Positions 28,720 through 38,087 of a stretch of 64,000 bases of DNA are shown here, piece after piece (the stretch's first letter is position 1; each line of letters starts with the position of its first letter). A model generated the notes under the pieces. The model was not told where the DNA came from and searched no databases. It saw nothing but the letters and a program-made list of their open reading frames with translations. This DNA comes from Spirochaetia bacterium (GTDB taxonomy: Bacteria; Spirochaetota; Spirochaetia; UBA9216), in the NCBI GenBank assembly GCA_965140585.1, contig OZ223267.1, positions 192,001-256,000 on the forward strand. Direction: 5' to 3'. The position numbers and the translations under genes are program-made.

Positions 28720-29471
28720 GCGTAAATTCAGAAATAAGACCCTACGGAGATACTCTTAACGACGGAATGGTGCAGATAAGTTTTTCCATCCCCATGCAGG
28801 CGGGACCGGAAGCTTCTGAAGCAGCTAAACAGCTTGCTGAGCAGATGGGGCTTCAAAATGTGAGCAATGTATCAAGTCAGGATTTAAGCGAGGGATTCAG
28901 CTTTCACATTCTCTACGGTAAGTGCAGTGCTTCTGTGGACGTATCGGAAATCAGCATTCCAAAGGTCGAAACTCCGGTTCTCAGTTTCTATGAAATTAAC
29001 GATCTTATAAAAGAGAAAATCGGAAGAAAGATTAATGTTGTCGGGGCCTGCACCGGTTTTGACGCTCATACAGTAGGCCTGGATGCAATAATGAATATGA
29101 AAGGCTATGCCGGCGAATACGGTCTTGAGCGTTATCCCGAAATAAACACCTGGAATCTCGGAAGCCAGGTTCCCAATGAAGATTTGATAAAAAAGGCAGT
29201 TGAGGTGAAAGCCGATGCTATCCTCGTCTCACAGGTGGTAACTCAGAAGGATATCCATATCAAAAATCTGACGAATCTGGTTGAACTGCTTGAGGCGGAA
29301 AATATAAGAGACCGCTTTATTCTGATAGCCGGGGGCCCCCGTATAAGTCATGAGCTTGCCCTGGAACTCGGGTTCGATGCCGGCTTCGGTCCCGGCTCAC
29401 TGCCTCCAGATGTTGCATCATTTATTGCACAGCTTCTGGAGAAAAGACTGCCGGAACAGCAGGGGGTGTAG
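28716..29471 (+). CDS. kamE: lysine 5,6-aminomutase beta subunit (B12-binding)
   Basis: PYGDTLNDG, DAHTVGLDAIMNMKG (DxHxxG plus PLP Lys), LVSQVVTQ. Confidence 0.97.
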   Translation: MSVNSEIRPYGDTLNDGMVQISFSIPMQAGPEASEAAKQLAEQMGLQNVSNVSSQDLSEGFSFHILYGKCSASVDVSEISIPKVETPVLSFYEINDLIKEKIGRKINVVGACTGFDAHTVGLDAIMNMKGYAGEYGLERYPEINTWNLGSQVPNEDLIKKAVEVKADAILVSQVVTQKDIHIKNLTNLVELLEAENIRDRFILIAGGPRISHELALELGFDAGFGPGSLPPDVASFIAQLLEKRLPEQQGV

Positions 29472-29472
29472 A

Positions 29473-30297
29473 TTGGAAAAGCTGATAATCACCGCCGCGA
29501 TCTGCGGTGCGGAAGTTACAAAAGATGATAATCCCAATCTTCCGGTTACGGCAGCGGAGCTTGCGTCTACGGCGCTTGAAGCAGAACTTGCAGGTGCCTC
29601 GGTTATTCACCTTCATGTAAGGGATGAGCAAGGACTGCCGACCCAGAGGATACAGTACTTTAGGGCGGCAGTTGAAGCAATGAAGCAGGCCGGGGTCAGC
29701 GCGATAATTCAGCCCTCCACCGGAGGCGCCGCGGGGATGTCCGCCGCTGAACGTATAGAGGTTCTTGATCTGATTCCGGAAATGGCCACACTTGACTGCG
29801 GTACTATAAACTTCGGGGACGAGGTTTTTACCAATGATCTGCCTCTGATGAGAAATATTGCGCAGAGAATGAAGGCTGATAATATTATTCCCGAGTTTGA
29901 ATGCTTTGAAACGGGCCATATTTACAACGCCCTACGGCTTGGCAAGGATGGTCTTCTTCCGGAACATCTGCATTTCAACCTTGTTCTCGGCGTTCCGGGA
30001 GCTATGCCTGCTTCGGTAAAAAACCTGCTCTTTCTTGTTGAGCAGCTTCCACAAGGTGCTACATGGACAGCTTCCGGAATCGGATCGCATCAGCTGCCTG
30101 TTGCCCTGCATACGATGATGCTCGGAGGTCATGTCAGGGTTGGATTTGAGGACAATATTTATTACTCAAAGGGCAGGCTTGCCAAAAGCAATGCCGAACT
30201 CGTTGCTAGAATTACAAGAATTGCGGAAGAAGCCGGACGGGAGATTGCCTCCCCGGCGGAGGCCAGAGCTATACTTAATATCAGGGAGAAGAAATAA
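29473..30297 (+). CDS. kce: 3-keto-5-aminohexanoate cleavage enzyme (BKACE)
   Basis: KLIITAAICGAE, IHLHVR, QPSTGG, GGHVRVGFEDN; TTG start after GGGGGT. Confidence 0.95.
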   Translation: MEKLIITAAICGAEVTKDDNPNLPVTAAELASTALEAELAGASVIHLHVRDEQGLPTQRIQYFRAAVEAMKQAGVSAIIQPSTGGAAGMSAAERIEVLDLIPEMATLDCGTINFGDEVFTNDLPLMRNIAQRMKADNIIPEFECFETGHIYNALRLGKDGLLPEHLHFNLVLGVPGAMPASVKNLLFLVEQLPQGATWTASGIGSHQLPVALHTMMLGGHVRVGFEDNIYYSKGRLAKSNAELVARITRIAEEAGREIASPAEARAILNIREKK

Positions 30298-31332
30298 ATG
30301 AAGAAGGGAAATATTTTCGGCCTGCACAGGGTTATTGAGCCGGAAGGGGTACTGCCTCAGCCGGCTCTCAAGATAGATAATTCAATGGATATCTATGATA
30401 ACGAGATACTTATAGATGTTGATACACTTAACATAGATTCCGCAAGTTTTACACAGATAGAAAAAGCCTGCGGTGGTGATGAGAAAAAAATCGGTGAGAT
30501 GATTCTCTCTATAGTAAACGAGCGGGGCAAGATGCAGAATCCGGTTACCGGCTCAGGTGGAATGCTGATAGGGACTATTGCCGGTATCGGCGAAAAGCTG
30601 AAAGATCGTGATTTGACCGTGGGTGAAAAAATCATCAGCCTCGTATCGCTATCTCTTACGCCACTTAAGATTGAAAAGATCATCGAGGTGAAATCAGATA
30701 TCGACCAGGTGCGGGTAAAGGCTCAGGCTGTTCTGTTTGAATCGGGAATTTACGCCAAACTTCCGGAGGGGATGGAAGAATCGCTTGCCCTGGCTGTCCT
30801 TGATGTAGCCGGAGCCCCCGCACAGACGGCGAAGCTTGTTCATCCCGGTGATACAGTTCTGATAATCGGAGCCGGAGGAAAATCAGGACTGCTCTGTCTG
30901 CATGAGGCAAAAAAACGTGCGGGTGTCAGCGGAAGGGTAATAGGCCTGTCCCACAGCAAAGGCGGGGTTGAGCGTATTATTAAAACAGGCCTGGCCGATA
31001 TTGTCCTTCAGGCTGATGCATCGAAACCCGTTGAACTTTATGAAATGATCATGAAAGCGACAGACGGCAGGCTTGCCGATATCGTTATAAACAATGTCAA
31101 CGTTCCCGATACCGAGATGGGCTCAATTCTATGTACAAAAGATGAGGGCACCCTGTATTTCTTCAGCATGGCTACAAGCTTTACAAAGGCCGCTTTGGGC
31201 GCTGAGGGAGTAGGAAAGGATATCAACATGATAATCGGAAACGGATACACCAAGGACCACGCGGAAATTACACTGCAGGTTCTTAAGGAAAATCCTGTAC
31301 TCAGGAAAATGTTTGAGGAACTTTATACCTGA
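30298..31332 (+). CDS. kdd: L-erythro-3,5-diaminohexanoate dehydrogenase
   Basis: GLHRVIEP, NIDSASF, NPVTGSGGML, GAGGKSG, FSMATSF. Confidence 0.96.
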   Translation: MKKGNIFGLHRVIEPEGVLPQPALKIDNSMDIYDNEILIDVDTLNIDSASFTQIEKACGGDEKKIGEMILSIVNERGKMQNPVTGSGGMLIGTIAGIGEKLKDRDLTVGEKIISLVSLSLTPLKIEKIIEVKSDIDQVRVKAQAVLFESGIYAKLPEGMEESLALAVLDVAGAPAQTAKLVHPGDTVLIIGAGGKSGLLCLHEAKKRAGVSGRVIGLSHSKGGVERIIKTGLADIVLQADASKPVELYEMIMKATDGRLADIVINNVNVPDTEMGSILCTKDEGTLYFFSMATSFTKAALGAEGVGKDINMIIGNGYTKDHAEITLQVLKENPVLRKMFEELYT

Positions 31333-32543
31333 TGATACCGCAGGCAGCTGTTGAAAAATACATAAATTATAAAAGCGTAACCGGTCTTCTCTCGGAACTC
31401 GCCGGTATACACAGCCCTTATTTCAGGGAAGCCGGGATTGTAGATTTTGTTTACAGCTGGCTTGCGGACAGACATCTGCCGGCGGAGTTTCACAGTTTTT
31501 CCGAAACAAAGATTACCGGAGTAAGCGGCAGGAATGTCGTCGGCGAGCTGCGCGGAAGCAGCGGCGGTCCGAAACTTCTTATAAACGGTCATCTTGATAC
31601 AGTGGATATATGCGAGGGGTGGACAAGAAATCCTCTTGCCGCTGAAATTGCCGACGGCAGACTCTATGGTCTGGGTGCTTTGGATATGAAAGGCGGGGTT
31701 GCCGCTGCAATGCTTGCTATAGAGGCCTTCAGCATGATTAAACCGGAGTTCCGGGGATGTTTGCAGTATACATTCGTAAGCGGTGAGGAGGGACCCTACG
31801 GACTTGGAACTGATGCCCTGATTAATGACGGAATAATCAGCAGGGCCGATATCGCACTTGTTCCGGAGCCCAGCGCCGCCTTCTGCGGGGTTGCGTTTCC
31901 CTGCCTCTGCCTCGGGGCCAGGGGTGGGTGGCATTTTACTGTGAAGTTTACCGGACGCAGCGCCCATGCCGCGGCTCCTGAGGATGGGCTGAATGCGGTC
32001 TCCGAGGCGTCAAGGTTTATATGCGAGCTTGAGAAAACAGCTCTTCCGGAAAGAGCGCCGCTTGGAAGTGGTTCGATCTGTATTACCGGAATTAGCGGAG
32101 GGGGAAAGACCTGCTCTGTTGCGGAGGATGCGTCTGTTACGGTGCTGCGGCATGTAACACTCGGTGAGGACCCGCAGCTGCTTATGCAGGAGATTGATGC
32201 TGCTGCGCAGCGCGCCGGAATCCGCTGTGACTATGAGGTCAAGTTTCGTGGGGCTCCGGGGCCGGGAAGCGAAGGCTTTCATCCCTATGTTGTGGATAAA
32301 AACAGTCCTGAAAGCAGACTCCTGATGGAAAGCATCCTAGATGTTACCGGCCGGGAGGCTGATACAGCTTATTTTTCAAGCATCGGTGATTTTAATTATA
32401 TAAGCAGCAGGGCGGGAATCCCGGCCTATATCTTCGGTCCGGACGGCGGAAACTACCACGGTCCGGATGAATACGTAATAATTGATTCAGTGGTTGAAAC
32501 CGCGAAAGTAATACTTGATTTTATTATCAGATTTTTTAGGTAG
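31332..32543 (+). CDS. M20A deacylase/peptidase embedded in kam operon
   Basis: NGHLDTV, GLGALDMKGG, GEE, PEP, YHGPDE; translationally coupled to kdd (TGATG). Confidence 0.9.
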   Translation: MIPQAAVEKYINYKSVTGLLSELAGIHSPYFREAGIVDFVYSWLADRHLPAEFHSFSETKITGVSGRNVVGELRGSSGGPKLLINGHLDTVDICEGWTRNPLAAEIADGRLYGLGALDMKGGVAAAMLAIEAFSMIKPEFRGCLQYTFVSGEEGPYGLGTDALINDGIISRADIALVPEPSAAFCGVAFPCLCLGARGGWHFTVKFTGRSAHAAAPEDGLNAVSEASRFICELEKTALPERAPLGSGSICITGISGGGKTCSVAEDASVTVLRHVTLGEDPQLLMQEIDAAAQRAGIRCDYEVKFRGAPGPGSEGFHPYVVDKNSPESRLLMESILDVTGREADTAYFSSIGDFNYISSRAGIPAYIFGPDGGNYHGPDEYVIIDSVVETAKVILDFIIRFFR

Positions 32544-32549
32544 GTTACT

Positions 32550-33833
32550 ATGAAAAAATACAGCAGAGTCAGCTATAAGGATGTGCCGCTTTACAGTAAT
32601 GTAACGGAAGAGCAATGGAACGACTGGCGATGGCAGATGAAAAACTGCATTACCGATATTGAAACACTTTCAAAGATTACAGAGCTTGATGAAAAAGAAA
32701 TTGAAGATCTTGAAAAAACGCTTAAAAAGTTCAAAATGTCCATCACCCCCTATTACGCCATGCTTATGGACAGGAGCTACAAACTCTGCTCAGTCAGACT
32801 TCAGGCAATTCCGAGGGTAGAGGAACTTAATTACGATGAATCGGATATGGACGATCCTCTTCATGAGGATGTTGATTCATCGGTGCCTGGACTGACTCAC
32901 AGGTATCCTGACCGGGTTCTTCTTCTTGTTACGAGTATCTGTTCAATGAACTGCCGGCACTGTACACGTCGGAGACTCGTCGGCCAGAAGGATACCCATA
33001 TGAGCTGGGACCGTATTCAAATGGCAATTGATTACATACGGGAGCATACCGAGGTAAGGGATGTCCTTATATCCGGAGGTGATCCGCTTACGCTGGCTGA
33101 TTCATATCTTGAACGGATACTTAAAGCTCTGCGGGAAATCCCGCATGTTGAGATAATCCGGATAGGAACAAGAACACCGGTAGTAATGCCGATGAGGATA
33201 ACCGATGAACTCACGGACATGCTGAAAAAATATCATCCACTCTATATAAATACTCATTTCAACCATTACTCCGAGGTTACCTATGAGGCAAAGCAGGCAT
33301 GCGAAAAACTTGCCAACGCGGGAATTCCGCTCGGCAACCAGAGTGTTCTTCTTCGTGATGTAAACGACTGTCCGAGGATTATGAAAAAGCTTGTGCATGA
33401 GCTTCTGATGATCCGGGTCAAACCCTATTATATCTACCAGTGCGATCTTTCAAGCGGCATATCGCATTTCAGGGTTTCGGTTTCAAAGGGCATTGAGATT
33501 GTTGAAAGCCTGCGCGGCCATACAACAGGTATGGCTGTTCCTACATACGTAGTTGATGCCCCCGGCGGCGGCGGAAAAATCCCTCTTATGCCCAATTATC
33601 TTCTATCGCATTCGGACAAACGTTATGTGCTCAGAAACTATGAGGGGGTAATAACCACCTACACTCAGCCGGCCAATATCTTTTCGGAATGCTGGTGCGA
33701 GCTGTGTAAAAATGATGAGTACGGGCCTCTGGATGGAGTGGCTAAACTGCTCAACGGAAAAAAGCTTGCCCTGGAACCAAAAGGTCTTGTCAGGAGGATG
33801 AGGAGCCTGAATGGTAAAAAACAGGGCGAATAG
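32550..33833 (+). CDS. kamA: lysine 2,3-aminomutase (radical SAM, PLP)
   Basis: CSMNCRHC, THRYPDR, YYIYQCD, DAPGGGGKIP, C-terminal CxCxxC Zn site. Confidence 0.97.
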   Translation: MKKYSRVSYKDVPLYSNVTEEQWNDWRWQMKNCITDIETLSKITELDEKEIEDLEKTLKKFKMSITPYYAMLMDRSYKLCSVRLQAIPRVEELNYDESDMDDPLHEDVDSSVPGLTHRYPDRVLLLVTSICSMNCRHCTRRRLVGQKDTHMSWDRIQMAIDYIREHTEVRDVLISGGDPLTLADSYLERILKALREIPHVEIIRIGTRTPVVMPMRITDELTDMLKKYHPLYINTHFNHYSEVTYEAKQACEKLANAGIPLGNQSVLLRDVNDCPRIMKKLVHELLMIRVKPYYIYQCDLSSGISHFRVSVSKGIEIVESLRGHTTGMAVPTYVVDAPGGGGKIPLMPNYLLSHSDKRYVLRNYEGVITTYTQPANIFSECWCELCKNDEYGPLDGVAKLLNGKKLALEPKGLVRRMRSLNGKKQGE

Positions 33834-34860
33834 GCTCATAGATATTATCAATGACAGCTGTGTCGAATCTCTTGCGATAATAGGTCTTGCCAAGAACGCG
33901 GGCAAGACCGTTACCATGAACACCCTTATTAAGGAAACTCAGCCGCGGGGGCAGAAGATTACCGTAGTTTCATACGGACGTGACGGTGAGGATACTGATG
34001 CTATAACCCTGAAAAAAAAGCCTCATATTTTTATACCTGCCGGTTCATATTTCGTGACAGGCTCGGAAATACTCAAGCGTACCGGCAGGCAGGCCAGGGT
34101 TATCTGTGAACTGGAAGACAGGACCCGTATAGGAAGGGTCTGCCTGTATGAGAATGATTCCGCGGGCTTTGAGGTAGAACTGATAGGAGTTAACAGCAGA
34201 AGAGGTATTGCCGGGCTGAAAGAACAGCTTCCTGCTGATTCAGAGCTTCTGCTTGTTGACGGGGCTCTTGACCGCCGCAGTTCCGCGGTGCCGGAGCTGG
34301 CAGACGGAATAATCCTTGCAACCGGAGCTGTCGTAGGTAATACCGAGGAGCTCATTGCAGAACGGACTATGGCGGAAATTGAGCGTCTGATGCTCCCGGT
34401 ACATGAAGAGCCTCCGGAATTAATCGGTAAAATTCTTGGCGAGGGTCTTTCAGCCGTTATTTACGAGGGTGAGATAAAATCGGCCGGGAATACTCTTTTT
34501 AATATTTCTGATTCTGTCGATTTCAGCAGTATCGCCAGGGATAGCATCCTTGTCCTCAACGGGGCGCTCACCGACCGTCTTGCAGAAACTCTGCTTGCGG
34601 GGCGTGCCGAGAACTTTTCAATAGTTGTCCGGGACGGCACCCGTGTTTTTCTTAACCAGCGCAATATGAAATTATTCAGAATAAAAGGAATCAAACTCTA
34701 TGTTCAGTCCGGGATTAAACTGCTTGCCCTGACGATTAATCCCTACAGCCCCTACGGTTTTTCTGCGGATTCGGAAACTCTGTCTGCAAAAATCAGGGAA
34801 TACCTTGAAAGAGCGGGGCGGGATATTCCTGTTTATGATGTGCTCTCTGAATCTTATTAA
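33811..34860 (+). CDS. kamB: lysine 5,6-aminomutase reactivase subunit KamB-like
   Basis: IIGLAKNAGKT P-loop, GRDGE, VDGALDR, ILATGA, TINPYSP; position after kamA. Confidence 0.8.
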   Translation: MVKNRANRLIDIINDSCVESLAIIGLAKNAGKTVTMNTLIKETQPRGQKITVVSYGRDGEDTDAITLKKKPHIFIPAGSYFVTGSEILKRTGRQARVICELEDRTRIGRVCLYENDSAGFEVELIGVNSRRGIAGLKEQLPADSELLLVDGALDRRSSAVPELADGIILATGAVVGNTEELIAERTMAEIERLMLPVHEEPPELIGKILGEGLSAVIYEGEIKSAGNTLFNISDSVDFSSIARDSILVLNGALTDRLAETLLAGRAENFSIVVRDGTRVFLNQRNMKLFRIKGIKLYVQSGIKLLALTINPYSPYGFSADSETLSAKIREYLERAGRDIPVYDVLSESY

Positions 34861-34910
34861 AAATTAATGATATTAACGATTATTAAGTTATAATGATTTG
34901 ATGTCATTAA

Positions 34911-35786
34911 ACGCTATTCTTCAACAGCTCTATTTTACCGGTTTTGTTTTATTTTTCTATGGCTCTGGGGTTTAACGCTCAATTTAAGAAACGGGATATA
35001 ATACATGCGGTTCCTTTCATTCTTTCACTCTGCCTTATAGGAATTATCAATTATTTTGCACGTAGTGAAAACTTTTATGAGCATTTTCGATATGAATATT
35101 TTCCTTTTTACGAACAAAGAAATCCTCTGTTTTTAGTAGCAACATTCTCTGATATCTCCATTTCAGGCTATATTCTGATGACGCTTTTTAGAATATTTAA
35201 ATTGCTGAAAGGAGAGACCCCCGAAAAGGAAATACGTCTGATGATTGTTTTTCTTTTCCTGATGATCATAAGTTCGGTTCTTTTAATATTAGGAGGCATG
35301 TCAGGACTGATCTTTTTCCTGATTTTGGGAGTAGGCAGCTTTACAGTCATTGGAGCTGTCTATGTATTGTTTTCTTTCAGATATCCTGAACTCAGTATGA
35401 AAGTTTTAAGGGAAACAAAGATACTTCAGCAGAATAAATCCAATATTAAATATATTGATGTTTCATCAATTCTGGAAAACCTTAATGCCCTAATGGAAAA
35501 CGAAAAACTATATCTTCAGGAGAACATAAACCTTAAAAATTTAAGATCAAGACTGAAAATAACTTCTCACCAGCTGTCACGAATATTAAATGAATATCTT
35601 CAAGTCAATTTCAGAACATATATAAATTCATACCGCATAAAAGAAGCCATTGCTCTTTTGGAATCTTCTCATGAGCTGGGGATTCTGGAAATATCAATTG
35701 CAGCCAGATTTAATTCAAAATCATCGTTTTATACCGCATTTCAAAAAGAGACAGGCTGCCTTCCCGCTGAATACCGAAAAAAATGA
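34911..35786 (+). pseudogene. membrane-bound AraC-family regulator, 5'-truncated
   Basis: TM helices plus HQLSRILN...NFRTYINSYRI...FNSKSSFYTAF; open frame starts after a TAA at 34908 with no RBS; conserved G of GFNSKS is R. Confidence 0.7.
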
Positions 35787-35808
35787 GTTCGGAATTATAA
35801 TTCCGGAC
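35787..35808. promoter_or_regulatory. palindromic operator directly after AraC gene
   Basis: GTTCGGAATTA/TAATTCCGGAC, one mismatch. Confidence 0.6.
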
Positions 35809-35865
35809 GAAATCAGACTCCTGTAATGTTAATGTTTTTATATAAAGACCTTTTACGGAGAGTCT

Positions 35866-37741
35866 ATGAAAAAGATAAAAGTTCCTTCAGTAATTATTTT
35901 GATTTCAGTCTTGTTTTCAGGATGCGACCCCGATGAACCCGGGGTGGATAGTGATTTATATCTGTATATAGGCTTGTCCCATGACAGCGCCGGAAGCGGA
36001 GCTCTTGATGAGGCAGTTACATCAGTAAACGGGGTGTATTCCGCCGGGGATGGAATAACAGCCACGGCCAAGGCAGATTCCGGGCACCTTTACCGGCTGG
36101 TATGATTCAAAGGGCGGCGGCATGCTTATATCTGCTGAAAACCCGTATATCTTCGATATTGAAGCTGATACTTATCTATATGCCTCTTTTTCCGAGACGA
36201 CAACCGTGGTTGATGATTCAGACGCTCCGGCTGAGGTTGCGGATTTTTCCATCTCGCATATCGGCGGAGGCGTTGCCGTTATGGACTGGACTGATCCTGC
36301 GGACAGCGATTTTGACCATGTTGAGATTTTTGTATCGCCTGCTGAATCTCCTGCCGTTACAAGCACAACTTCAGTACGTGACGGTATGGAAAGCGCAACA
36401 CTTACCGATCTTATTAGTGAAACCTTCTATAATGTAACATTAAAGACTGTAGATACCGTGGGCAATACCTCTTCCAGTATATCTTTCACTGTATACATGC
36501 CTGCTACCTTTACTGCAGTTAGTTCATTTCTCACTAATAGTGATGGAGCCGCCTTAAACAGCACCTTAACCTCAGATCTTGCCGGATACTATATTCTGGC
36601 AGTCGATGTGGATCTTAATAGCGTTAGCTGGACACCGGTAGGCAGCGATTCAACCCCTTTTACCGGTATCTTTGACGGCGGCGGGCGGTCAATCTCCAAC
36701 CTGACGATTAACGCATCCGGATCGGATAATTATCAGGGATTTTTCGGTTATAACTCCGGTAAATTAATTAATATATGTCTGACAGAATCCTCAGTTATAG
36801 GTTCAGGTTATGTGGGAGCTCTGGCTGGAAATAATTCCGGCGGCATAATAATTGATTGCAATATCGCTGGTTATGCTACAGGAACAAGCAATATAGGTGG
36901 TCTTGCTGGAGCAAACACAGGCACAATCACCAACTGTTCTTTCTCTGGAAATGTCTCGGGAACGACTAATAATATAGGTGGCCTGATTGAATACAACGCC
37001 GGACAGGTATTCAGCAGTCATTCCACAGGCACAATCGCGGCATATGAGCATGTTGGCGGACTGATTGGAAAGAACGATAATGCTGTCTACAACAGTTATG
37101 CTACAGGCTCTGTATCAGTCGCAGACAACTATGCCGGCGGGCTGACTGGAGAAAATTACGGTGGAATAATTATTAACTGCTATGCCACTGGAGCTGTTTC
37201 AGGAGAAGGGTATTATTATGAAGGTCTGGCTGGAAAAAATAGCGGCTCTGTTACAAACAGTTATTCCACGAGATCTGTAACAGGGACATCCTATGCCGGC
37301 GGGTTCGTTGGAGAGAATAATGGGGGTACAGTAACGGATTGTTGTGCAACAGGCAATGTCTCAGGTCAAAACATTTTTAACGGACTATCTGGATTGCAGA
37401 CTTCTTATGCGGTAGGAGGGCTGGCGGGAAACAATACCGGTGTTATTATGAACTGCTATTCTGCAGGTTCAGTTTCCGGCTATAACAGCTTAGGTGCCCT
37501 TCTGGGTAATAACCCAAGCGTAGCTACAGTAAGCAATTGTTATGCTGACAGTTCAGTCAACAGCAGTTTATCTATAATCGGAACTAACAGCGGTACATTT
37601 ACAGGTTCCATGCTTTCGACAGCTCAGATGCAGTCTTCGGGATTTTACGGCAGCAGTTGGGACTTTGTAAATACCTGGGCGATCAGCAGCAGTGTTAACA
37701 GCGGTTATCCATATTTAAGAGAGCTGGTTGATTCCTATTGA
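35866..37741 (+). pseudogene. GLUG-repeat surface lipoprotein, frameshifted at ~36087
   Basis: Lipobox LFSGC; ADSGH continues as FTGWYD in the next frame; FN3/DUF4959-like WTDPADSDFDHVEI; PFTGIFDG; eight or more GGLxG repeats. Confidence 0.8.
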
Positions 37742-37771
37742 TGGGTTTCTATTATGTATTACGGAGAAATT

Positions 37772-37990
37772 ATGAAAAAGATAAAAGTTACTTCAGCATT
37801 TACTATAATTGTTTTGCTGATTTCAGGCTTGTTTTTCGGATGCAACCCCGATAATCCGGGGGTGGAGGGGGAGCTATACCTGTATATAGGTCTGTATCAT
37901 GGCTGCGCCGGTAGCGGCGATCTTGACGAAGCCTCTACATCGGTGAATGGAATATATTCCGTTGGGGAGAAGGTAACCGCTACTGCTTGA
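37772..37990 (+). pseudogene. truncated paralogous copy of the lipoprotein N-terminus
   Basis: MKKIKV...FFGCNPDNPGV...LYLYIGL...VNGIYSVGEKVTATA* parallels 35866-36070; same TTACGGAGA RBS. Confidence 0.8.
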
Positions 37991-38028
37991 AGGTTAAAAT
38001 TTAATTGTGTTATAACGGGTTTTTATCA

Positions 38029-38046
38029 GGGGGCTTCTCAGCCCCC
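38029..38046. terminator. hairpin between convergent genes
   Basis: GGGGGCT-TCTC-AGCCCCC. Confidence 0.55.
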
Positions 38047-38087
38047 ATATTATTTAGTTTTGCATCTAAGAATAGATCCGGGGAAGA

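Noticed and set aside
29350-29472. N-terminal extension of Kce (similarly 22854, 19020, 49390, 55407 starts)
   Set aside because: Overlap upstream genes or hairpins; downstream starts fit RBS and/or family N-termini better
32550-33833. EpmB (EF-P modification) or AblA osmolyte synthesis
   Set aside because: Full-length KamA with Zn site inside a catabolic operon; no efp/epmA or ablB acetyltransferase nearby
36780-37560. CRISPR-like or DNA tandem repeat
   Set aside because: Periodicity is protein-level GLUG repeats; no identical DNA repeats with spacers here or elsewhere in the window
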